DNA from: a virus
Taxonomy: Duplodnaviria > Caudoviricetes
Strand: one strand, 5' to 3'
IMG/VR virus record: IMGVR_UViG_3300010361_000019
Location: 1-41,712 of that record
DNA: 41,712 bases
Below the pieces are notes generated by a model. That model was not told the origin of the DNA. It was given only the letters and a program-made list of their open reading frames with translations, and ran no database searches. The position numbers and the translations under genes are program-made. Below are positions 1 to 7,961 of the stretch, piece by piece (positions within the stretch are counted from its first letter, which is position 1; every line of letters begins with the position of its first letter).

Positions 1-541
1 CGCCCCCGCCGCCGCCGGAACCTCCCGTGCTGGTCGAGGTGCCCCCGCCCCCGCCGTTAGCGCTTGGCCCGCCAGCGCCGCCACCCCCACCCCCGCCCAG
101 CGTATTAGCGCCACCACCAGCGCCCCCAGCGGCTCCGGTATGCGTTGTCGGCGTATAGGTGATAGTGGGGGTGCCTACCGTATTGGTCGCACCGCTAGCG
201 CCCCCGGCAGTCGCCCCAGCCGCATTGCCGCCCGGCAGAGCCTCGTAATAGGCACCGCTGCCCGCCGCGCTCGACTGCCATTGGGTGGCATTGGCAGAGC
301 CACCGGCATTGATCAGGAACGCGATTGTGGTCGAGCCTGGGGTGATAGTGCCTGACGAATAAACGCAACGGGTGAAGGCCCCGCCACCGCCACCGCCCCC
401 GGCAACGCTGCTCGCACCAGTCGTGGCCGCCGCGCCGTTACCGCCAGAACCGAATAGATTGACGACATGCCCGGCGACCGTGAAATCTGACGGAACCGTC
501 AATGGCGAGGTCGAGCCGGTCGTGAGGATGATGAGCGCCAT
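1..541 (-). CDS. Glycine-rich fibre/virion protein, partial (runs off the left edge)
   Basis: Not in the ORF track. Manual translation from ATG at 541 gives MALIILTTGSTSPLTVPSDFTVAGHVVNLFGSGGNGAAATTGASSVAGGGAGGGAFTRC..., open to base 1. Same architecture as 551..1537. Confidence 0.8.
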   Translation of the reverse strand, partial: MALIILTTGSTSPLTVPSDFTVAGHVVNLFGSGGNGAAATTGASSVAGGGGGGGAFTRCVYSSGTITPGSTTIAFLINAGGSANATQWQSSAAGSGAYYEALPGGNAAGATAGGASGATNTVGTPTITYTPTTHTGAAGGAGGGANTLGGGGGGGAGGPSANGGGGGTSTSTGGSGGGGG

Positions 542-550
542 GCGGCACCA

Positions 551-1537
551 TCATAGATAGTTTTCTACGTATCCCGTACCGACCAAATACGGCGACGGTC
601 CGCCAGCCGCCGCAGGTGTCCACGTCACCACGACGATGCCCGGAGCACCATTGCCACCATTGGAATTATTGGTAGCGCCGCCCCCACCACCACCGTAATT
701 GCCACCAACGCCACCGGGGGGAGTTTGTGCCCCACCCCCGTTGGATGAAGAACCCGCGCCGCCCCCGGAACCGTTGGATGAAGAACCCCATGATGGCGTG
801 TAGGTCGTACCGTCTTCCGTGCCGCCATTAGCTCCAGTGTCTATCGGAACCGATGAGGTTGATGTGCCGCCGCCGCCGCCGCCACCACCTACTGTGCCAT
901 TCGTTGGCGCTACAGTTGACGTGCCACCAACGCCATGACCGGAACCGGCAAAGTTATTACCGCCATTACCGCCATTAGTTGAAGTCCCAGCGCTTCCGGC
1001 AGTGCCACCACCACTGCCGCCGCCGCCGCAGCCACCAAAGTTAGCAGTAGCTGGAGCACTCGCGCCAACAGCGCCAACACCATTTGGACCTCCAGCACCA
1101 CCGCCGCCACCGCCCGGCTGTCCGGTAGCAGGGCATCCGCCACCATTGCCCCCGTTATTCTTAGTTGTGCCCGTATTAGCAGTCCCACCTGCACCGCCAG
1201 TATTCGCTATGTTAGGGGCAGGTTGCCCACCACCAGCATTTATGACTGTCACGCTGCCCGAAGTAACAAAGCTGGTGGTGCCGCCTGCGGTCTGGTTATT
1301 GCCTGTGCCACCAGTGCCTTTTGCACCTACTGTGACGTTGTTGTTAGTGCCAGCACTAAGAGTTTGATTGGGCGTTTTGCAATACGAACCACCGCCACCA
1401 CCACCGCCAGAACTGCTGATTTGGTCTGCGCCGCCAGCCCCTCCAGCAATGCCTTCAACGAAGTTGTTGGCGTTGTTCCAATCGCTGGGCGTCGGCCACG
1501 CCGCATTCGAGGAAGTAAAGACCGTTTGGCCCATCAC
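551..1537 (-). CDS. Glycine-rich domain protein (polyglycine-type tail fibre/spike candidate)
   Basis: 328 aa with GGGGGG runs, 'VEGIAGGAGG...GGGGGSY...VTVGAKG' and C-terminal 'GGNGAPGIVVVTW', typical of phage Gly-rich domains; also Thr/Ser/Asn rich. Confidence 0.75.
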   Translation of the reverse strand: MMGQTVFTSSNAAWPTPSDWNNANNFVEGIAGGAGGADQISSSGGGGGGGSYCKTPNQTLSAGTNNNVTVGAKGTGGTGNNQTAGGTTSFVTSGSVTVINAGGGQPAPNIANTGGAGGTANTGTTKNNGGNGGGCPATGQPGGGGGGAGGPNGVGAVGASAPATANFGGCGGGGSGGGTAGSAGTSTNGGNGGNNFAGSGHGVGGTSTVAPTNGTVGGGGGGGGTSTSSVPIDTGANGGTEDGTTYTPSWGSSSNGSGGGAGSSSNGGGAQTPPGGVGGNYGGGGGGATNNSNGGNGAPGIVVVTWTPAAAGGPSPYLVGTGYVENYL

Positions 1538-1842
1538 TTAACCAAAACGACACGGTGCCCATCTGGATGCTTATAGATATCAGGATCGGCAACGATGCGA
1601 TCAATGATCTCACTAGTTTCCTTATGCAGTACACGACAAGTGCCATCGTGTGCAGGCGTGCCAATTATTGCTTGCACAGCAGCCGGTCCACCTGCGCGGT
1701 AAACCTCAATGTCAATGAAAATCTGCGTTTCGCCGGGATGCACATGCTGGCGCGCAATTTCAGTGTCATCATCAGGAATATAAATCCGCTGTAACAACTT
1801 GCTTCGGGTAGCGTAAACCGCGCCGACCTTCGTTACGGGCAT
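1534..1842 (-). CDS. Hypothetical protein (possible fibre chaperone/accessory)
   Basis: 102 aa, coupled to the Gly-rich gene; shares an HxxPGET motif with the upstream neighbour. Confidence 0.7.
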   Translation of the reverse strand: MPVTKVGAVYATRSKLLQRIYIPDDDTEIARQHVHPGETQIFIDIEVYRAGGPAAVQAIIGTPAHDGTCRVLHKETSEIIDRIVADPDIYKHPDGHRVVLVK

Positions 1843-1855
1843 TTTAATTACACCA

Positions 1856-2056
1856 TTAAGCTTTCAATTTCAGATAGGCTTCTACCTTAGCCAAGATCGC
1901 GGGTATGTCTTCCATCGGCACCGGTTCTTCTACGGTGTAATCCGGCAAGACATAAAGTGTCTCCCCCGGAGCAAGGTGGGCGCGAAAATCGCCGTCCGTG
2001 ACGACGACCCTGAAACCACCGCCGCGATCCTTAATGCCACCAACTCGGCTCGCCAT
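1856..2056 (-). CDS. Hypothetical protein
   Basis: Start reassigned to the ATG in the TAATG overlap at 2056; contains HLAPGET. Confidence 0.6.
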   Translation of the reverse strand: MASRVGGIKDRGGGFRVVVTDGDFRAHLAPGETLYVLPDYTVEEPVPMEDIPAILAKVEAYLKLKA

Positions 2057-2916
2057 TACCACTCCTGCCACGTAAATCCGGAAGCTGTTAGTGGAGCCGG
2101 TGGAGGTGGTGGTGCGGGCATTAACCCAAGAACGTCGTTAGGGATAAGGAATGAGTAGGGATTGAGATGCAAGACTTTGACTTCCTGCGCGCTCAAGGCC
2201 CTGTTCCACACGCAGGCCATGTTGCAGTTGGAATTGCAGGAACGACTGGCGTTCTGGTCGTCGCTGCCGATCTCGAAATAGCTGGTCGAGGAATTGCCGG
2301 TTGCTCCCCATATTCCAGTGCCACCGAATGCTATTGGGAAGTTCGCATCTAACGCACCATTAACATAGAGGTTGATATTACCGCCGGGGACATAAGTAGT
2401 GCAGGCACTGATAAGGCCGCTGGATACTAGCCCTCCTGTGCTGAGGTTGTTGGTAGCACCTGCACTATTAAACCACCCGACTTGATAGAGCGTCGCGACG
2501 TTATTGGCCCGCATATAAAATTGCCAAAACGGACTTGTGTTGGTGTTATTAGCAGTGCCCCCAATAAATACGCCTAGAGCCTGCGGCGTGCCGATGGCGT
2601 AGCCGCGATAATAAACCGTTAATGCTTGCGTGCTGCTGTTGGGCGGAAATACCTGCCCGCTACCAGCAAGATTTGCAGTTTTCAATTCAGTGTTTTGCGC
2701 AGTGAATGACTGCGCCGGGCCTTCCGGTGTAATCGCAAACGTCGCTGGCACTGACCCGGCAAGAAGTCTTGGCACCACCCCGGTAAGGTTAACTCCATAA
2801 GTGAGGCCCGGTAGCCAGCAACCGACCATCCCGCGAGCGAGCCAGTGATTAGGATCGACCGTAGGAATTTGATATGGGACCGACAGCAGGCGTCTGATCG
2901 GAATTATACCGAGCAT
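2056..2916 (-). CDS. LamG/concanavalin A-like lectin-fold virion protein
   Basis: 'INLYVNGAL...FEIG...MACVWNRALSAQEV' and N-terminal 'LARGMVGCW' match the LamG-like (Laminin_G_3) pattern. Confidence 0.75.
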   Translation of the reverse strand: MLGIIPIRRLLSVPYQIPTVDPNHWLARGMVGCWLPGLTYGVNLTGVVPRLLAGSVPATFAITPEGPAQSFTAQNTELKTANLAGSGQVFPPNSSTQALTVYYRGYAIGTPQALGVFIGGTANNTNTSPFWQFYMRANNVATLYQVGWFNSAGATNNLSTGGLVSSGLISACTTYVPGGNINLYVNGALDANFPIAFGGTGIWGATGNSSTSYFEIGSDDQNASRSCNSNCNMACVWNRALSAQEVKVLHLNPYSFLIPNDVLGLMPAPPPPPAPLTASGFTWQEW

Positions 2917-2918
2917 TT

Positions 2919-3377
2919 TTAACCGTTAAGATTGTAGGAGTACGTATCGATCTTCACGGTATTGTTGTTGTTCGCTGCGAGCGTGCCACCGGTCTGATTA
3001 TCAAGCTTGAACTGAACGGGCTGGGGCGGAAGAGGCACATTTCTTACTGCAACACGCTGCGCCGTGCTGGCTGTCGTGCCGATAGGTATGCTGCACAATA
3101 ATTGCGTGGTTGTCAGACGGAGATCGGCCGCAGATTGGGCGGGAAAGTTTGTGCCATCAATGGCGGCAAGAATATAAATATCAACATGCGCCCCGGCAGA
3201 CGGCGATAGCGGGTCAAGGTAAACTTCAACATCACAATACAGATCAAGATTAGTCTGATTGTTATAGGTGGCCGAAGCGGCAGACATCGAGCCGCCAGCA
3301 AGGGCGTTGAGCGTTGCGCCTGACAGCACAGTCGTAGGGTTTGATCCAAATAACGACCAAATGCCTCTGTTTGCCAT
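2919..3377 (-). CDS. Putative virion structural protein (beta-rich)
   Basis: 152 aa, beta-strand pattern, located in the tail module. Confidence 0.6.
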   Translation of the reverse strand: MANRGIWSLFGSNPTTVLSGATLNALAGGSMSAASATYNNQTNLDLYCDVEVYLDPLSPSAGAHVDIYILAAIDGTNFPAQSAADLRLTTTQLLCSIPIGTTASTAQRVAVRNVPLPPQPVQFKLDNQTGGTLAANNNNTVKIDTYSYNLNG

Positions 3378-3378
3378 G

Positions 3379-3723
3379 TCACGCCACCGTTACGAGTACC
3401 CAAGTCGTACCGTCCCAAGTCGAACCATAATGGAGCCACGGATTGGCGGTGTTAATGCTGTTCTGATAGTTCTGCCACAGGTTCTGAAGAAAGTTCTCGA
3501 TTTGGCCAATACCGGCTCCAGCAGGCACCCGCTGCGTTGTGACCTGCTCAACGACTGATCCATTTTGGAGATTAGTGTTGTCAGTCGTTGTCGCCCCAAC
3601 CCAAGCAGACTTTGCATTAGGATTGGCATAGAACTGCTGACGTGCCGCAGGCACATCAGCCCACAATGCTACAGTCAGATCGCCGCTCTCTTGAGTGAGA
3701 ATAATAACATTGAGCCTTGGCAT
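3379..3723 (-). CDS. Hypothetical tail-module protein
   Basis: 114 aa; ends in WDGTTW, a motif common in tail fibre-associated proteins. Confidence 0.6.
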   Translation of the reverse strand: MPRLNVIILTQESGDLTVALWADVPAARQQFYANPNAKSAWVGATTTDNTNLQNGSVVEQVTTQRVPAGAGIGQIENFLQNLWQNYQNSINTANPWLHYGSTWDGTTWVLVTVA

Positions 3724-3724
3724 G

Positions 3725-6016
3725 TTATGCCGCCTTGGTTTGTCGTCGGATCAGCGCCAGCACAATGTTATGGATTACAGGATGCCAGTCCTGCCCACGT
3801 TTCTGCCGGAAGATGCGGATTGAAGGATACCAAGGACTGCGCTCGTTCCAAAACGCCCCCGGCCGCTCCGACATGAAATGCCAGCCCATATTGTAGCCGT
3901 GCATCATCAGCCATGTCGGCTTGCCCATGGCTCCGCACAGGTGAGCAAGACCCGTGTCAGGCGTAATGACCAGATCAAGGTTTTCCACGACAGCCGCAGT
4001 CTCTGCCCAGGTGGGACGAGCGGGCAAAATGTCAGGAAGGCTGTTGTTCTCAGCGCGCGGCGGGCCGACCTGAAGCGAAACGAAATCATTGGGTCGGTCG
4101 CAGACAATCGGGCGGATAAGATCGAACGATAGCGATTTGTGTCTGCCATAGCGCGCCAGCCAGCTTGTCGTTTCCGCGAGCCGTACCCCTGACGACCATG
4201 CGACCCCGATCTTGCCGCGCGCATGTCGGTATTCGTGCGCAAGCCATGGGTCGGCTTTGATGTACGGACCGTCCCAAGGCACGGTGTCGATATCAGTGCC
4301 GAAGGCATACGGTAGTTGCCCGATGGGGCAGTGATAGTCGAAATGCTTGAGCCCAACCGCGCCCGGATAATCCAGCGCCAATGGCACGACCTCGACATCC
4401 TGAAGGCTGTCCCTGGCGACCTTCAGTAGCTCATCCCGTATTTCGTAGCGCACGGTATAACCGCGCTCGACCAGCAACGGGAAGAACCGCCACATCGCGA
4501 TATTATCGCCCGCGCCCGCTTCGGCATGGACATGGATGATCGCGGGAGCCGGTTGCCCGGTCCAGAGCGGCCGGTCGAACCGGCGCATCGGCAGATACAG
4601 CGCCGGGTCGGATGTGTTGTGCTCGATCTTGACCTGATTGGCCCAGCCGTCCTTGTACCGCCCAATAGAGAATTGAGACAGGGCGAGATGGAACGCCGTC
4701 AACGTCGGGTCGTGACAACCGAGCGCAATAGCCTCTTCATAGAGCGGGATCGCATCCTCGTGGTTATCGCGACGCGCCAACACCATGGCCTTGCAATGGA
4801 TAGCGTCAGGCACAAAAGTTTGATCAGGCGAGTTCAGCACCTCGACAACGAGCGGCATGGCCTCGTCGTATTGCTCCAGATCGATCAGACTGACCGCCGT
4901 ATCGACCAGAGAGAAATCGGTTCGGTCGAGTTCAAGTTGTTTGCTGTGAGCCGCCAGGGCTTCCGTGATGTTGCCTCTTACGCCCTCCAACAGCCCCAGA
5001 GCGCGCCAGCACATCGGGTCTTCCGGCGCGATCTTGGTGCATTTCTGCGCCTGATCCGCAGCCATGTCGGTCAATGCCAATGGGCGGAGAACCTTGAGCG
5101 CAAACTCCATCCGGTAATCGGCAGCGCGAGGATCGGCGCGCAGTGCTCGCTCGTACCAGTCATAGGCCGCGCCATAGCGCTTGTCCCGGATTTGCAGCGC
5201 CGCCCTGGCGAAGAAAGCGCAAGCCTCTCCGTGCATGACCCGCTGCACCCCGTTCCAGGGCTCCGGAGTGCGCGCCAGGATTTCCTTGTAGAGAGTATAG
5301 GCTTGGGTCCACTTGCCTTGTTCAACGAAGCGGCGGGCCTTTTGCAGCATCTGATCGGTATTGTAATCAGTGGCGTCCGGTAGGCCGGGGAAGCCTACCC
5401 AGCCCGTCTGGTAGTCGGTGAAGACCATTTCCGCGCCGACTTCGGCAGCATAGCGGGCGACCAAACCGCCCTTGCCGACCACCTCCGCCTTGACGAAATC
5501 GCTGATATCGATTGACGCCAGCGTATCGTCCACCACGACCAGCGTTTCCGGATCGAGCCGGGGCATGATTGCCATAAGCTCGTTGTAATGATGCACTTGC
5601 GCGGGCGTTGGGTTGTGCCACCACAAATGACTGGCATCGAGGTAGACGAGATGCGGCGTCTTCTTAAAGCCCTTGAGGAAAGTCACACTGTCGTTGCACA
5701 TGATCTTTGTGCGCTCGCTGACCAGCGTGCGCGCCGCAAGGACCTTCTCCCGGACAAGTTCGACCGAGTAGACCTTGCCGCCATTGTGCTGGGCGTACTT
5801 GTCGAAAATGATTGTTGAGCAACCGTTGCCGATCCAGTGCTTGTCCTCAACGCCCTCGATGCATCCAGTTTCGATGATGATGGGATTGTTAAACTGATCG
5901 AGGTGTTCAAGCATCTTGCGGAAAGTTATGGCTCGCGCCGGGTGCCCGGTTTTGCCGCCGACAATCCGTGGCACGACATAGCTCTCGTACCACTCCCAAA
6001 ACTGTTCGGATTTCAT
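3725..6016 (-). CDS. Class I SAM methyltransferase - TPR - GT-B (GT9-like) glycosyltransferase fusion
   Basis: N-terminal 'IIETG...VYSVEL...DSVTFL...LVYLDA...VVVDD...GKG' (Methyltransf_24-like); central TPR helices; C-terminal 'AEAGAGDNI...KIGVAWS...FVSLQVG...ENLDLVITPDTGLAHLCGAMGKPTW...SPWYPSIRIFRQ'. Confidence 0.85.
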   Translation of the reverse strand: MKSEQFWEWYESYVVPRIVGGKTGHPARAITFRKMLEHLDQFNNPIIIETGCIEGVEDKHWIGNGCSTIIFDKYAQHNGGKVYSVELVREKVLAARTLVSERTKIMCNDSVTFLKGFKKTPHLVYLDASHLWWHNPTPAQVHHYNELMAIMPRLDPETLVVVDDTLASIDISDFVKAEVVGKGGLVARYAAEVGAEMVFTDYQTGWVGFPGLPDATDYNTDQMLQKARRFVEQGKWTQAYTLYKEILARTPEPWNGVQRVMHGEACAFFARAALQIRDKRYGAAYDWYERALRADPRAADYRMEFALKVLRPLALTDMAADQAQKCTKIAPEDPMCWRALGLLEGVRGNITEALAAHSKQLELDRTDFSLVDTAVSLIDLEQYDEAMPLVVEVLNSPDQTFVPDAIHCKAMVLARRDNHEDAIPLYEEAIALGCHDPTLTAFHLALSQFSIGRYKDGWANQVKIEHNTSDPALYLPMRRFDRPLWTGQPAPAIIHVHAEAGAGDNIAMWRFFPLLVERGYTVRYEIRDELLKVARDSLQDVEVVPLALDYPGAVGLKHFDYHCPIGQLPYAFGTDIDTVPWDGPYIKADPWLAHEYRHARGKIGVAWSSGVRLAETTSWLARYGRHKSLSFDLIRPIVCDRPNDFVSLQVGPPRAENNSLPDILPARPTWAETAAVVENLDLVITPDTGLAHLCGAMGKPTWLMMHGYNMGWHFMSERPGAFWNERSPWYPSIRIFRQKRGQDWHPVIHNIVLALIRRQTKAA

Positions 6017-6516
6017 AGGACTTCCGCGATCTCAGGCTTTTCGGCTTTGAGGCGAGTGCCGCAATAGGGACAGGCAAGCCATGTCAACTCTATGGATTTG
6101 TGGCAGTTCAAACAGGTGGGCGTAGGTTCGGCGTGACGCTTGCCGAACTCCTTCTCCTTGGGGTGCATCTTGGTGCGGTTCTCGCCGATATAACCGTCAT
6201 CGTAATGCAGCACGATGCCGGTCCCGCAGCATCTGTCGTCACGCTTGTCATCCGCAGTAAGACCTCGCCCCTTACAGTCCGGGCAAGGGCCATGAACGGC
6301 ATGATGCCAGGGCGAGCCCGTCTTGAACGTGGTTTCGATGATGGGAGAGCCGAGCGTGTATTGATTGCACTCGAAGTGATGCGGCGTATCGACGTTGAGC
6401 ACTCGGCATTGCCCGGTGCCCTCCGGAGCGCTCCAGTTTACGATGGTTTCGCCGTTGGCGTACTTGGTTTCTCTAAGGACGAACCATTTGGAGCAGGTCG
6501 AGCAAGTCAATAGCAC
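6013..6516 (-). CDS. Cys-rich multi zinc-finger protein
   Basis: CSTCSKW..GQC..C, a DnaJ-like CPDCKGRG..CCGTG, and a C-terminal zinc ribbon CLNC..CPYCG. Confidence 0.7.
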   Translation of the reverse strand: MLLTCSTCSKWFVLRETKYANGETIVNWSAPEGTGQCRVLNVDTPHHFECNQYTLGSPIIETTFKTGSPWHHAVHGPCPDCKGRGLTADDKRDDRCCGTGIVLHYDDGYIGENRTKMHPKEKEFGKRHAEPTPTCLNCHKSIELTWLACPYCGTRLKAEKPEIAEVL

Positions 6517-6794
6517 CTCCAGCCATCGCGGATCAGGCGCTGCTGAAGTTGAAACTCGCTTTCCTGTTCGTCAACAAATTTCTCGTAAGGACGGCATGGC
6601 TTGCCATGACATTGCAGGCAGATCAGCCGCATGCAGCCCCGGCAAATCTCCACGTAATCCATCATGGTGCGGCGGGAAGGAAACTCGGTGATCGACTGGC
6701 AGTGGGCGCAGGTGCTTGCGTAGACCTCGCGGCCTACACCCAACTCATCGAAATACTCGCCAACCCCACCGGGCTGGAAGCGCTGTCGTCGCAT
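6507..6794 (-). CDS. Cys-rich zinc-binding protein
   Basis: CAHC, CRGC, CLQC and a further Cys in 95 aa. Confidence 0.7.
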   Translation of the reverse strand: MRRQRFQPGGVGEYFDELGVGREVYASTCAHCQSITEFPSRRTMMDYVEICRGCMRLICLQCHGKPCRPYEKFVDEQESEFQLQQRLIRDGWRCY

Positions 6795-7277
6795 TTACCG
6801 TTCGATGAAAGACAAGTTGCCGACTGCGGTCGAGGTATAACCGGAGCTTAAGACCCTGATCGCGATGCCCTGTGAGGCCGTCGAGGCGATGATGATGTTG
6901 TCGCCGTCGTCAAGCGCTCTCCAGCGGTAGGAGCCGCGCTGGTTGATGCCCCAGTTCTTGAGGAAAAGACCGCCGCCTGCGCCGGTCAAATTGGGCACAT
7001 CGACCGCCCCGGTGACGTTGGTGAACGCCAAGGTAGACGCAGCCACGTCCGCCAAATCGAGCAACTGCGCAACCGTGGCGGTTGCCGTTACCGAGTTGGT
7101 GTTGACGAACCGCGAGAGGTCCCACTGCATCTGGCAGTCGGACGAAGCCAGCGCGCCGTTCTGCCCGAACTCTACTTCGTAGACCATGGCACGGCGGGCG
7201 TTCGCCTGAAGTCCGCACGCCGTCTTGTAGCCAGTGCCCACCGCAGCGAGCAGGATCGGAACTTCATAGTTTGCCAT
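6795..7277 (-). CDS. Putative virion structural protein
   Basis: 160 aa beta-rich, directly abutting both neighbours. Confidence 0.6.
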   Translation of the reverse strand: MANYEVPILLAAVGTGYKTACGLQANARRAMVYEVEFGQNGALASSDCQMQWDLSRFVNTNSVTATATVAQLLDLADVAASTLAFTNVTGAVDVPNLTGAGGGLFLKNWGINQRGSYRWRALDDGDNIIIASTASQGIAIRVLSSGYTSTAVGNLSFIER

Positions 7278-7451
7278 TTAGCTTCTCCTACTTCTTCGGC
7301 TGCGCCGACTGCCACGTTTTAACACGCCACTAGCGGCTCTTATAGCCGCTCCGGGTGACGCGCCTCTAGCTTCCATGCTGGCACGAACATGTTCCCATTG
7401 CCTGCGCTTCTTCGGCGTGTTCGCTTTCCGAGTGTGTTTCTGGGCGGGCAT
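7278..7451 (-). CDS. Small basic protein, ChaB-like helical motif with Arg/Ser tail
   Basis: Start at the TAATG overlap; MPAQKHTRKANTPKKRRQWEHVRASMEARGASPGAAIRAASGVLKRGSRRSRRSRRS. Confidence 0.6.
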   Translation of the reverse strand: MPAQKHTRKANTPKKRRQWEHVRASMEARGASPGAAIRAASGVLKRGSRRSRRSRRS

Positions 7452-7738
7452 TAAAGCTTCCGCACTATGACGGATGCGGCCAGGACAAACAGGCCGTACA
7501 TGCCCAGACCGGTAAGCTGGAGCACTGACGGGCTGGGGAGAACCGACCACCACAGAATGAACGCCGACCCCGTAGCCAGCAGGACAAACATGCTCTGGAG
7601 GGCGATGATGGCGCGCTTGGAGAGAGCGCCCAAACCCAGCATCAGCGCCTGCATTCCAGCGGTTTCGAGAACCTGATCAGTCTTCGACGGGCGCTGCGCT
7701 TCGTTCTCGTCGCTGATGATCCGGAACGGCTCGCCCAT
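7451..7738 (-). CDS. Small membrane protein (2 TM segments; holin-like candidate)
   Basis: Two hydrophobic stretches and a basic C-terminus; no endolysin in the window to support a holin role. Confidence 0.55.
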   Translation of the reverse strand: MGEPFRIISDENEAQRPSKTDQVLETAGMQALMLGLGALSKRAIIALQSMFVLLATGSAFILWWSVLPSPSVLQLTGLGMYGLFVLAASVIVRKL

Positions 7739-7961
7739 TGTGATCCTCTGCCTTGCGCACGGCGTCTTGCAGGTTGCCGATGGTTACCGCCTCTGCGGGT
7801 TCGTCCGTGATGTCGATTTTATGTTTCTTCAGCGCGACATAGTACGGAGCCAAAACTCTAAGCGCCTCTGTCTTTTCGCTTAGTTTGACCTTGCTCTGTG
7901 CGGCACTGCCCGCCACAGAGCGGACCAGTTCTTCTATCGCGGCAATGGCCCCTTTTTTCAT
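7677..7961 (-). CDS. Hypothetical protein
   Basis: 94 aa, ATGA overlap with the upstream gene. Confidence 0.6.
   Translation of the reverse strand: MKKGAIAAIEELVRSVAGSAAQSKVKLSEKTEALRVLAPYYVALKKHKIDITDEPAEAVTIGNLQDAVRKAEDHNGRAVPDHQRRERSAAPVED

Noticed and set aside
1-1537. GCC/CCG-rich tandem repeats as a DNA repeat element
   Set aside because: Fully explained by polyglycine codons on the minus strand.
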